Positions 11,258-24,600 of a stretch of DNA of 64,000 nucleotides are shown here, piece after piece. The notes under the pieces were generated by a model. The model was not told where the DNA came from. It ran no database searches and saw nothing but the letters and a program-made list of their open reading frames with translations. The position numbers and the translations under genes were made by a program. Source of the DNA: Azolla caroliniana (Eukaryota > Plantae > Polypodiophyta); assembly GCA_043228905.1 (NCBI GenBank), contig JBHGNT010000017.1, positions 13,206,001 to 13,270,000 of the forward strand, given 5' to 3'. Positions within the stretch are counted from its first letter, which is position 1. Every line of letters begins with the position of its first letter.

Positions 11258-13168
11258 GGGAGGCGGGGGGGGGGATAGTTTTAGAAATGTTTATGATAAT
11301 AATTATTATAATAAATACCCCTCGCTCATGATGATGGGGTAGTTTTAGAAATTGCTTCCCTCATGGTGGACAAGATTTCAGTTTTGGTTAGTGTGGGCGA
11401 GTTCGACTTCCATCGCCAAATATTTACAAGTCAATGTAATTCTTCGCTCTATTGTTGCAATTGAGATCTGAAAAGTCCATCACAAACCTTGTAATGAAGG
11501 CTTCATATTGACATGATGAATTTCCCGACAAGACAATTTGATGACTTATTTTAAGCCTCTTTCAACAAAGTTCACATAACTTTATGTCCCAAGCTGAAAT
11601 TTTTTTGTGATCCTCGTGGCAGTTACTCAAAAACGATTTTCACAAAATAGAGAAGTACAAATTATATTAAGATTTTGTGAGCAATAGTAAGTTCAAGAGA
11701 GTGAAAATTAGAAGGAGAAAATTCTCGGCTCCGTTACATGAAGTGAACAAGAGTTAAAGAAGCATAGGAAGAAGATAATAGTAAATGGAGAAGATAGGGA
11801 GATATCCTCGAGTTTTGGTACAACAACCACATTGCCTTTTGTCGTCTTTGATCTCACACACCCTCTTGATTCACAACCTTCGCTCTCTCTCAAATTCGGC
11901 ACCACTTCTGTGTCTCTAGCTTTTCCCCCCCAAAATAATGAGCTCTCTGATTCACAACCCTAGTTCTCTCTCAGAAATTCAACAACACTTCCACGTCTCT
12001 AGCTTTCTCGCACCCAAACAATGAGCTCTCTTCACCCTTTTATAGGTTTTCAAAGGCTCTCTCTCAAATAAAAACAGTGGGTGTTTCTTATTTTTGCATG
12101 CACCACACTACCTTTTTTTTTGCTTGCATGCTCCATCTTTCCTTTTGGCACCTGATGCTAGCAAAAGGGTAATCCTAATGTCCACGATCACATTAATTTT
12201 TGCACTTGGTCTCCTATGGTCCAAGTAGGACCCAAAATCTAACCTCCCAATCATGGCAGATGCTTTTACCAATTGAGCTACGCCTTTTTGTTGTATTCAC
12301 CTCCAACTCACAATATGTCTTTCCTATTAGACCTCAATCTATCATTCAACCTTTTTAATAATCCTAGTTTAACTTAATTTCTTCTATGCATTTCCCACAT
12401 CATGACATTGTGTTCACCTCATCCTTTGTGAAATTTGCATCAAGTTCATGACTAATGAGGTCGTGCGCAACAATACATCCAACCACATCATAAAATTCAT
12501 GGCGTGCTTTACTAAACCTCATTTGACATTAACAATTGCGGGCCAATCAACTCCTTAAAGTAAATTGAGGGAGATAGATAGATGGATAGATTCTATCATC
12601 GTCTTCAAAGAGAGGGAGGGCAGGAGAAAAAGAGAGAGGACAAAAGAGAAAGAGAGGAAAACAAGAACGTGCAAGGTTTGTGATAGTTAATCATTTGTTG
12701 ATATAATGGCAAAGTATGTTGGATTTTGTGCAATGGCATCCTCCACAAGAAAGGGGAAGTGAAATTTCATTACAAATGGAGCTTTTGGTGATATCAAGGT
12801 TGTTGAGGTAGGAAGGAAACAACTTCTTAACCTTCAATTAAATCAAATGACTACATTGGATTTAGTAATAGTTAAGGATAGTGTGTTGAGGGTAAAAGAA
12901 GATTAATGGATTTTCGAAAAACTAAATAAACATTTTGTATTCCAAGAGGTTATATCTTTATATGGGACAAGTTGTTAGGATTATTATACCATCGTATGAC
13001 CCACTTTCTAATTTAGATGGTGGATCTCAAGAGCTTGATTGGACATTTGTTAGAAATAGGACATTGACTATGATATCAACGAATGATGTTTATCACAAGT
13101 TGATTGACAAACATAAGTGGATGTTTAACATAAGCTGATATAGGGTTTTCATAAAACCCATTCCGTGG

Positions 13169-13507
13169 TGGTTTCATGTGATCATACCAAGTTCATGTTC
13201 TTGATTCATGCTACAAAGTAAGGTATTCATTTGGAGAGTTATGGTTTGAGCTTGATCATTAGGCGATGCATTAAACAAAAGAAACATTGCTAGAGGAATG
13301 TGTTTCTTTTGTTCAATGGAATTGGAGCATAACAAGCAATGGTTTCATGTGATCATGCCAGGTTCATGTTCTCAATTCATGCTACGAGCTAAGGTATTCA
13401 TTTGGAGAGTTATGGTTGGAGCTTTACCATTAGGGTGCATTAAACAAAAGAAACATTACTAAAGGAATGCATTTTTTTAGTTCAATAGAATTGGAGCATA
13501 ACAAGCA
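13169..13507 (+). mobile_element. L1 LINE C-terminal (zf-RVT-like) remnant, tandemly duplicated (171-bp unit)
   Basis: Units start 13169 and 13340; KVFIWRVMVGALPLG...ALNKRNIARGMCFFCSMELEH-like translation. Confidence 0.65.
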
Positions 13508-14121
13508 TAGATTTCTTTAACGCTGATACTAATCTATCCTACTTTCTTCTATTATTAGTCTTCAGATGTTTTCAAAATTCTTGTTAACAATAAATCCTTA
13601 CATTAGTCAACAAACACATGAATACAAGAAAACAGTTGTATTAGCAATTAGAGAAGTGTATACTTTTATAGCTTTATTGTAATATGAGTCGAATATCTAA
13701 CACAATTCAATTTAATTGTTTTGCTTTACTCTATATAATAAAGATGGTTAGCTTCTAGCACATATTGGATTAACATTGTTGAGCTTTTACAAAGAATACA
13801 TGGCTTCTAACACATGGCATACCAAAAGCTATTGGTTTTTGAAAGTAACAAATCAAAACAATAGTTATCATTAAGATTAGGCGAATGAGTTTCGTTATAC
13901 TTATTTTTATGCATAAAGACTTGTAACATACTTACAGATTATGCATTTATAACCTTGAATGTATAATGGGCATCGACACAATTCATTCGAGTAATTATGT
14001 TATTTGTACAAAATATGTGCTGATGAATTACAATAATATACAACACATCAAACGGAATGTAAATTTCACAAGGAGACAATTACATGTTGCCCACTCACAT
14101 GGTTCTACGCATGATCTCCAA

Positions 14122-14165
<44 letters not shown>

Positions 14166-14172
14166 TCATGTA

Positions 14173-15272
14173 TTACACGTGATAAAAGCGCCGAATATTA
14201 TTTTTATCACTAATAGCCAAGCCAAATGCAGACACCTTCTTTGTTACATCGAAGCCGACATAATAAAGCCGCAAGGAATCACCAACATTTACAACATGTG
14301 GACAAGAAATACCACCACTATCCCAACCATCTTGTTCTTGCGAATTTGGAGCAAAAATAGGACCTCCAGGTTGAGAATGAGACCCATGGGTATCCTTCAC
14401 CCACGTAATCCCATCTTTTGAGCTAGCAAGTCCAATGGCATGTACCCCTTTCTTATTGACACCTTCATAGAACATTAGGTATTGGCCAGCCAAAAAAATG
14501 ACATGTCGTCGACTAACTCCACCATCGTCCCAGCATCCTGTCTCTCCTCGTTCTAAGATCTTACCCATCTTTGTCCATTTAACACCATCTTGAGAGATAG
14601 CTAATCCAATGGCAAAGCTTGGACTGGATGAGGAGGTGGACATGTCCATAGATGAATAGGTCATGAGCCAATGCGAAATGGGATGTGTGGCCGAAGGAGG
14701 AATGACACGTGCCCATGCAACCATTGTACTATCCCATTCATTTTCTTCACCCACATCTAAAACCGGGTCCTTATATCGTATCCCATCAAAACCATGGATA
14801 CCATCAAGAGATTTACACAACCCTACACGTAGTTTCATACCAGTGAGCGATTTCCCACCAGGAAGTTTTATGGAATCATCGAGTCCACCGCCAAAGTAGT
14901 ACATCCACCACATACCTTGGTAGAAGTGGACATCACTGCATCCAACATGCACACAGTCAAAGGACAAAGGACAGTTTGAGCGTGGATCGAGGATCGCTCC
15001 TTTGGGGAGGGGACCGTGGGACGGAGACCATATGGCACCATCCACACTCGTTGCAACGCCAATACGGCCTGTGGACATGAGGGCGGGAGAGACGTTGTTA
15101 TGCCATGAAGTAGAGTCCCTCCCATAGTAATACATTCTCCAATGTGAGGAGAGTGGGTCTTGTACAACAATTGGGTGGAACAAGCATGTGGCATCCCACC
15201 TGTCCTTAGATGGCCCAAAAAGCCTACCTGCAAGGCTATGCTCATCAAACAGGCCACATTTAGGCTAAGAAG

Positions 15273-15306
<34 letters not shown>

Positions 15307-15457
15307 AAAAGGAGGGGCATTGTTACCTTGGTTCTGAAATCGATCTAATTCTGAAGCTTTCATGGCGTCTTCTCCCGAGCCCACTTTCCAAAACGCTGGA
15401 ATTCCACAAACGGTAGCCCTGTGCAGAGGAGGGCATGGAGTCGGTGTATGAAACCAT
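14173..15457 (-). CDS. five-bladed beta-propeller glycoside-hydrolase-like protein (GH43/GH32 clan fold), uncharacterised plant family; 2 exons
   Basis: Repeated blade motifs (WD...P.VV, MYY.G, IGLA.S.DG..W). Donor AG|GTAAC at 15327/15326. Either ATG 15363 + CAG acceptor (exon 2 from 15227; 363 aa) or ATG 15457 + TAG acceptor (exon 2 from 15223; 393 aa). Stop at 14173-14175. Confidence 0.85.
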
Positions 15458-15754
15458 CAGAGAACTTGTGAAGTGACGAGGGGAAGCCAAAGTGAGGGAC
15501 ACACACACCCCCTGTTTTCTCGTCTATCCAATCACTCTCTCCCTCCCAAATCTCTCCATTATAATTTTATAGGAAGAGTCTGTGGTTTGTTTATACATAT
15601 ATCATGCATAGAATGAACCATACGTATCATACGCGCATTCGCATTCGCGTTTGATTCAATAAAACGTGAATGGTAAATCAACTAAAAGTTGGATTGGTTT
15701 GACACGTTTGATTGGATTAACTATGGTCTATATTATGGGCTAAATTTGCAATGT

Positions 15755-15962
15755 AAACAAATGAAAAAAAGAAAAAAAGAAAAAAAGGAGCACGTATTTT
15801 TCCCCTTTCAAACGTTTGAATGCCTCCACGAACACGAATATTACGTTCTATCCAAACAAATGAAAAAAAGAAAAAAAAAAAGGAGCACGTATTTTTCCCC
15901 TTTCAAACGTGTACGTTTTCAAACGTTTGAATGCCTCCACGAACACGAATATTACGTTCTAT
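15755..15962. repeat. tandem duplication of about 100 bp upstream of the propeller gene
   Basis: 15755-15851 repeated at 15854-15962. Confidence 0.9.
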
Positions 15963-16386
15963 GCATATATGTATAATGTAATGTATGTAGTATTCCATTG
16001 GAAGAAGAGTGTGTTTGTTTCATTACCCCCTACCCCCTTGTGTATTCACACATATCGTATGTTAAGCTTGTACATATGGAGGATAGAGCAAATCTCACTA
16101 TGAGGCTTATAGCCAAATGTACAACCTAATGTCAAAGGAGCCCAACCTCTTTGTAAAAAGCTATAAAAGTCGCCCTTCTGTGACTTTTGCAGCTCTTCTT
16201 CCTTCCAGGGACTCTCCTTTCACCTATTGCAATAGAGTTGTCACTCTCTCCTCTTAATCTTCCATTAGAGCTTAAGAGTGATTAAGGTTAAGTACTAATT
16301 AGCCAAACCCTAATCACTCTAACTCTCGTATGTGCGCAAAACACTCTTTTAATAATCGAAGTGGTGTGTTATTATCTCTTTATATT

Positions 16387-17240
16387 TGTTAAGAGTCAAA
16401 CCCAACTTCCCCAATGTAATGTCTTTCACACTGGCAATAAGACACACTAGGTTTAGGTTAGTTTTGTAGATAAGTTAGTTGGTATTTAAACCAATTCTTT
16501 TGAAACCTAATTACTATTGGATGTATTTTTTGGTTGTAGCTGTTTTTTGCTCAAACAACTTCTTGTTCTCTATCTCTAAGCTCTCTCTCTCTCTCTCTCT
16601 CTCTCTATTTGTTTGTCTTACACACACACACACAGTTTCCTTCTGCTACTCGAGATCACCTATACTCTCCATTCCTTCACATGGTATCAGAGCGTGTGGT
16701 AACCTAATAAAAACTCGCTCAATTGTGTTGTATCACGCACCGACAATCAAACAGAACCAGCTCAACAACAGAGAAGAAAAATGACACCATGAACACTCAC
16801 ATGGGAAACGCTCTTTGTACCAACAAACTCGATAGATCAAACTTTGCATCTTGGGTATACAAGATGCACCAATACCTTGTCGGCCAAGACTATTGTTACC
16901 GAATCTACAAACAAGACACTCTAGAATATTTTGAAGAAGATTGTGAACAAGAATCTGACGGATTGGAACACATTCACAAAGTGCGTTGTGGGGATACCGA
17001 CAAGTTACAAGACAAGCATCCAGTCGACACCATTTCGGTTGGCTTTTGGATTAGAATCACCGAGTTTTGGCAAAAAGTCTGGAAACAACAACACACTAGG
17101 CAAATTACCACATTCCAATGGCTATTAATACATAACTCACTACCAGGTGGAGCATGGTCATGTGGGAACCTTAGCTCTCCTAATTGTATAGCTTATCCAA
17201 ATGCAACATAATCAACCTGACTGCCAAGACAGACATGACA
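16387..17240 (+). mobile_element. composite relic: copia-B LTR/PBS/gag start + gypsy integrase piece + LINE zf-RVT-like piece
   Basis: LTR about 16387-16681, PBS 16682-16693, gag 16789-16895; 16895-17055 aligns with 63330-63495; then FWQKVWKQ...FQWLLIHNSLP...C..C-like sequence. Confidence 0.7.
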
Positions 17241-17245
17241 ACAAT

Positions 17246-17727
17246 TGTGTCAAGATTTAAACTCTTGACCTCTTGACCTCTTGTATTATAGTCTATTGTT
17301 ATATTGTAACCAACAGGTCCAAGTACATATTCATGTTATGTATATTTTCATACATTATATATTCACGTTCTAGGAGTTTTTAGAACGTTCTAGAATATTC
17401 TCTAAAATATTCTCAAGAATATTGTAATGCATGTACTTCAACTCACATTATAAATACTTGTAACTTCCTTGGTCTCTTTCAAGGGATTCAACACCAGTCA
17501 TTGACACATTAATCTAATATTCTTGTTTAGCCCCATCTTCTCTCCTTGATTTACAGCTCTGTCTTTATGCTCTTGTATTGTTCCTAGCGTCTTAAGTTCC
17601 TCATCTCATCGTTCTCGAGTTTCTCGCTTCATCACGTCGAGTTCCACGTTCGTAACCTTATCAGTCATAGCCTTGTCATTTGTGCTTTGTCGTAGTCTAG
17701 CGTTGGTGTGCTTGTGACACTGACACA
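17246..17727 (+). repeat. possible solo LTR
   Basis: TGTGTCA...TGACACA inverted termini and an internal TATAAATAC-TTGTA motif; no TSD or second copy seen. Confidence 0.4.
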
Positions 17728-20669
17728 CTCTGCGGAACTGCCCAGAGACCCATCGAATATGGCGGGGGGCTGACCGCCTATTGCAATTATGCAAGGTGCA
17801 AGGCACAATCAAGTGGGGAAATGTATGTTGGTTATCATGGCAGGCCCTAGTTGATAGGTACAAACATCAGGAGGAGGGCATGACTTTGGTGATAAAAGCA
17901 CAATAGTTTTTTTTTCCACCATCGACAATATCCACTCAACTCCTATTAATGCCAAATCTCAAGTTGTGTTGGAATTGGTTAGCCCAATAACTCTTTGGAT
18001 TCCATGGAAATAACGATGTAAACGGGTCTTCTCCAACAAGACAACGCATCCAGTAATGTTAATGCAAGAGATATGGAGCGAAATTGTAGCCACTCTAAAG
18101 AGCCAATACAATGGCTTTAAGGTCGGCTCCAATAGAGTTGAAAGATAACAGCTAGCCTTCATCCAACAATGGTTGTCCTCTCCCTTTCTTGAGTCAGTGG
18201 GCATCCACATAAGATGGAACTATCACGTCCCTATAGGGATTTGTATATAACACTCTTATTTGTAAAATTTTATAACTAATGGAAGGAGAAAAAAAGACTA
18301 CTCTTTTATAGTCAGCCTTCAAGAAATATTGTTTTGAAATGGAAATTCAGCAAGGAAAAACTCTATAAAGCAAAAGTTTCAAAAAACTCCTTCAAATGCA
18401 AGAGTGATGCTCTAAAACTTGGTGTTTAGATGCTAGTGCTCAAGTTGGTGTTTTGATCTTCCCATTTTTGGGCATTGGTATTTTGGGCATTTTAGTGCAT
18501 GCCAACCAAACCATTTTTAAAGTTAAGGTGATTTTCACAATTATGAAAACGAAGAGGGTTATCACAAATGATCCTCCTTAGAAATCGTGCCAAATTTTCA
18601 ACATCTATGATCACACATAAGAAGACATTAGTTGAAATCAACAAGGCATTTTGTATATGTCTTTGGCATATGTTTTCCTTATATTTATATCAAGCTTTGT
18701 CAATTAAAAAAGTGGGCCACTCATTTGTGTTGTTAAACATGTGCCCAATATTCTTTCCTTGATATCATTCAACATCTTCCAACAAAATATGTTGATCGTC
18801 CCATCACAGGTTTAAGTGTCTTCGAACGTATGCGCTTCTTCATGGATTAAAACTTTGGGGCGTGGCCTTGCATATCACCAAAAGGTGTATGTTATTTGGT
18901 ACAAGAAACACATCGAGCACTTTGCCGGAGTTTTTCATTGCCACTCATTTCCCTACACGTATTGGAAATCAAGCATGATGGTATATTTTCTTTATAGTTG
19001 CACATGACGATAACACATCATTTCAAGTATATCCATCTCATCAATATGCATGGAGTATGTCTATTTTGTCTCATTTTTTATGCTATTTGATTATAATGTT
19101 CTATGTGCTTTATAGATGTTAAATCGAAGGGAGAATCCAAACTTTGTAAGGATCCCTAATCTCATTTTTGCTTGGGAAATGAGTGTCCATCTCTATGAGA
19201 ATAACATGAAAACCATCATTCACATTTACAAAGAATATAAAGTTTTATGTACATGGATAACCATGAAACATTTTCCAATGATGGTGAACTAAACATTAAA
19301 CTGTGATAGTCTAGCATAAACCGATATTTCCGCTTACTTTCACAAATCGTGAATGAATAAAGGTTTCTTATGCTTGATAACCATTTAAGCACCTTAACAT
19401 TTATCTAAATATGTATGTAGTATTTGCGTCAAATCCAAACCCTTGCCCATGTCATACCAAATCCTAACAACAATGACGTAGGCCCATGTAAAAAAGGAAA
19501 GAAAAATAAATACCAAAGGTAATAATGTTGAAAGGGTAATCCAACATTCCTAAAAGCCCACGTCGTGTAAAAAACAGATACTGACAATAACATAATTCTA
19601 CATCTACTCGTGATTGTAGAATACTTTGATGTATTGTGCAAAGATATCGAGGCCTATGACAAAGATTCAATGCATTTGTTTGGTAGTTTTCATGTTTTTG
19701 AAAACCCCACCATTGTAAATAAGAGTTGTTTGAGGATCCCATAAATGAAAGCAATCCATGCACATCATGATTACGGGGAAACATAAAGGAATTTGTTTGA
19801 TTTTAGGTTGTGCAAATGTAATGTGTGTGCAAGGTGCACGTATTAACATGATGCCATAGTTCAATGAAAAAAATATGGATGGCCTCATTGATCGATTCCT
19901 TCCAAGCAATTATAATTGGAAACTATTTGAAAAACCAATTATCCATAACAAGATCACATATATGCTTGTAAAAATGTCATGAAACACTCTCGTCATCAAT
20001 GTTTTGTGAGCCGCAAGTGACCATATCACAATTGCTTGAATCAAACCTATGATATGAAAGTGTTTCAACCAATTATTGGTACTTGAGTGTTGTTTGATCT
20101 GGAATTTGACAAATAAATGGAAATTATGGTGTTAATTCATTATTGGAGAGAGTCAAGACAATGTATCAAAACTTATCGAAAAGATCCCATCAAGAGCAAG
20201 ATTTATAACTATTGAAAACCTAACGTATTCAATGATCAATCAACGTATATAACGAAAATACTAACAAAGTAGTGTAGTGTGAAAGACAAACCTTTTGTAT
20301 TGTCACTTCATGCTTTATTAGGTTCATATGTCACATTCTTGGGTACCACGTTCATATACATCAACATCCCTCTCGCCTTATCGATATGGCACACTTATAT
20401 TATTTTCCATTTCAAAGTAGTTGATGCGTCAATGCATGGGTGCCATCTAGCCACACTCAATGCACGCGACCATTGAGTCGGCCATTTCTCTTCGAAAGCA
20501 AGGCTGGGGGGGTATAGTTTCAATGCGGAATGGCATCATGAGGGCCACCGTCATCGCTATCATTTATTTCCGTGGGGTTGAGGGAAACTTTAAATATATA
20601 AATATTCCCAAACACCATCCCGAGCCAAAGTCCACGAAATCCCTCAAGAGGAAAATTGCATTGCATCCA

Positions 20670-20672
<3 letters not shown>

Positions 20673-20730
<58 letters not shown>
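20673..20730. repeat. (AC)n microsatellite
   Basis: Perfect dinucleotide run; (TATG)n/(CATA)n tracts follow at about 20975-21260. Confidence 0.97.
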
Positions 20731-20733
<3 letters not shown>

Positions 20734-20999
20734 TACGGCTCGAGCATATGAAGTTGGTATGGAAATGCATACATATGCTCCTAAGTTGAACACTATTCTT
20801 CGGGCATCAGATGAACATAAGAGAGGTGGGTAGGCATGCACAAAGGGGTCGAGTAAAAGGAGGTGTCCATCCCATCTATCTATATCTATATGTGTGTCTA
20901 TCTATATATGTATTCATAGTTTATTCTCTTGTATTGTTGGCCAAACTAACCCTAATAAGGATAGAAGAAGAGGAGTATGTATGTATGTATATGTATGCA

Positions 21000-21030
<31 letters not shown>

Positions 21031-21642
21031 GTGTAGAATATTGTCTATAAAGACTCAATCATCGCCATCGCCATCATCACCATCATAGCCGTCGTCATCC
21101 TCCTTCTCTCCATCGCCCATCATCATCTTAAGGTCTATATGTATGTATGATGTATCTATAGACTATGACATATGTACATATGTATGTATGTATGTTTGTA
21201 TGTATGTATGTATGTATATATGTATATATGTATATATGTATATATGTATGTATGTATGTAGATCAGATCATCTTAAGGTCTATAGCTCATCCTTTAATGA
21301 TTGCTTTTTTCTTTCTGTCTCTCTTTCCTTCTATCCATCTCTTCTGCTTCTTCTTCTTCATTCAATCTTCTTCACATCTTCTATCTGTAAAGCTGAAGAA
21401 GCCATTTTGATCCCCCATGAAAAAGCTCTCCCCATCTCATTAAAACGGCCCCTTGGTGTCGCAGAGGAAGCTCACTAATCTCGCAGAAGAAAGTCTTAAT
21501 CTCACAGGGAAAATCCATAATCACAGGAAAACGAATCTAATCTCTCAGTAAGGCTCTCCAGTCCTCTGTAACGCGTTAGATCTTCTTCTTCTTCTTCTCT
21601 GGCTATGGTTGCTTCTGCTTGATTGTGCTTGAAGAAGCTTCA

Positions 21643-24600
21643 ATGGGGGCACAGGCTCAATCGTGGGAAGATGCATCAGGAAAACATTTAACGCAACAGG
21701 AAAACATCCATCCTCATCTTGATGGTGATGAAGGGCATCAGAAGGAAAGCGAAGGATGTATAAATATATGGTCCTTTCTTATTCCCGACTGTGGTAGCTT
21801 CTGGTCTAGAAACCGCAAATCAAAGCTCTCGTCAGAGAGCATAAACATTAAGAGCTCCAAAACAGGTGGATCGAGTGTAGGTACGTGTAAATCAATAAAG
21901 AATCCAAAAATTTATGCGGTGTACTAGTGGTGGCTAGGGTTTTTTGGTGGATTGCGTTTGCGTTTGCGTCTGTGAGAATTTAGTGATTTTGGGGAAACTG
22001 TGTGGGGGTGTAGTACAAGCCGTTTTCATGATTGGCATATTTAGCGTAACAGGAAACCTAAGGGTTTTTCTGACTGTGTAGTTAATATCGACTTTACCTT
22101 AATTGAGGGCTAAGGCTTTCGTGAGCTGTGTACCAATGGCGTTTTCTAGCTTTTTCGTGAACTGTAATATATATGCTTAATAAGAGAAGCTAGGTTTTCC
22201 TTGAATTTTGTAGTTATGGCGCTTTAGCTTTATCGCGACTGTAGCTTTGCTGAGAACCTTAAGCTTTGGGGAACTGTGTAGCTGACGTCGTCTTTGTAGG
22301 GTTTTCATGGACTGTAAACTATTAATTAAGAACCTAGGGTTTCGTAGGTTTATTGTGTACTATGAAGTTTTAGCAATTTTAACTAGAGCTATTAAATTGA
22401 GAACCTAGGGTTTCGTAGATTTATTGTGTACTATAAATGAGAATCTAGGGTTTTTATGGGCTGTTCAGCTATACAAGTATTTTACCAGGGGCTAAATATA
22501 CAGTTGAAGGTGGCTTTTCAGGTTATGGTTTTGTTGTACTGTAATATAGTAGCTATAGTAGGTTTTATTAACTGATACAAAGCATTTTTAGTGGTGACAA
22601 ATTTCTCGTACATGAATTGTAATCGGAGTAGTGATAGCGCCATAGTTATTCTGAAGTGCTGTTAGTTAGGGTTTCTCTGTAGATATGACATTTTGGGGTT
22701 TAGGGTTTTTTTGTGAAGTATGTAGCAATTATGTTCTGTTCTATTTGACTATTTCTTTTTGCGAGTCTAGATTTGATTGCCTTTTGTTATATTCTAATTG
22801 AGAAACTTGTGCTGTGGAATGAAAGCCAAACTTGTTTTAATGATATAATATTGTATATAAACTATAGGCTTCCTATGTAGCATAATTGAGATACCAGAGA
22901 AGTTTAATTGAGAAAGCTTGTGTTAAAAAAAGCGCAGCTAAACCATGCTCTTCTTAATTTGGAATCCCCTGACAGAAAAGAACATCTAAATCAACCTAAA
23001 TTAGGCTTATTGGTCCTTTTTTAGGCATATCTTGATACTATCTTTTTTATAATCAAATCATGGAAATTCTATTAAAAGCAGCGTTTGTTTATTTTTACTT
23101 ATTTTTGGCCAGGAAATGTGAGCTCTCACAATATTGTTTCCACAACAGCATCTTCCTCACAAAACAGGCAGACTGAACAATCCATCGAATCTGACAGCTC
23201 TGGAAAGTCTGATACCACAGAGTCTTCTTCGGCTGCTTCGGTTATTTCTAAAGTGGAGGACGAACTTGTTGCATCTTCACACTTACGAAGGTTTTGCTTC
23301 ACAGATCTCAAGTTAGCCACAAGGAATTTCCGGCCCGATAGTATCTTAGGAGAAGGAGGGTTTGGTCGCGTGTTCAAAGGATGGATCGATGAGCATGGAA
23401 CCGCTCCAGTTAGACCTGGCACTGGCCTTACAGTTGCAGTGAAAACTCTAAACCACCATGGATTGCAAGGTCACAAAGAATGGGTGGTGAGTGCTCTAAA
23501 TTAGTCACCATTGATTGATCGATTTTGATAGATAAAATAATCCTTGTTAGGTTTAAATTAACAACTAATCATTGTAATTAAATGCAATGTTAAGATTCAA
23601 ACATGTGGAAGTTAAATTAATTAGATAAGTAAAAGAAGAAAAGTGCCACACAGACAAAATAAAACAAGAATATGGTGCCAAGGCATTCTTTTATGGCATT
23701 CGCAGAAGTTCGTATTTTGGGAATTATGGTAGACTAGAGTGGGATTTTGACAAACTGCCCAGCAATCTATATTTTCAACTCAATGACTCTATGTAACTGT
23801 TCAGTGGCCAAGTAGTTTATCTTTAACACCAAATTTTGATGGTTACTTATTAATATGTCCTTCACTTTAATTGCGTGGCAGTCAGAGGTCACTTTTCTTG
23901 GCCAGCTCCATCACCCAAATCTTGTCAAGCTTATTGGTTTTTGCATTGAAGATGATCACCGCCTTCTTGTCTACGAGTTCATGCAGCGGGGAAGCCTTGA
24001 AAATCATCTTTTTCGAAGTAATTGTTTTTTCTTTCCTTCTTAAACTTGTTCTAGTACTATTAACATTCATGAAGTCTTTATATGGGTATCATAAAATGGT
24101 TATTGATACAGAAGGAGCCTCGCCACTCCCTTGGAATACCCGAATGAAAGTTGCTTTGGGGGCGGCTAAGGGTGTGGAGTTTCTTCACAGTGGAAAGAAG
24201 CCCGTCATATATCGGGATTTGAAGACTTCGAATATTCTTCTTGATGCGGTATGCACTCGTATGTAGAGTTATTTGTATATATGTGATGCTTTGTGTTAAC
24301 AAGTTCAATACAGGATTATGAAGCCAAACTTTCCGACTTTGGCCTTGCAAGAGATGGGCCACATGGTGATAAGAGCCATGTATCTACTCGTGTTATGGGA
24401 ACTTATGGATATGCAGCCCCAGAGTATGTAATGACAGGTAAGAGTTTGATTCCTTCATTATGCTTATTTCCCTCAAAAGTATCATGATGAAATTTCCAAT
24501 GAGCAATTTCATCCAGTTTTACAATTGTTTTGTTTGATTTCCCCCTTGATGTAGGCCATTTAAGCTCAAAAAGCGACGTATATAGCTTTGGTGTGGTTCT

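Noticed and set aside
17760-20250. Possible very old transposase or LINE remnant
   Set aside because: Coding-like texture, but no motif I can identify reliably.
20460-21478. Cluster of 60-110 aa ORFs
   Set aside because: Translations of (AC)n and (TATG)n microsatellites.
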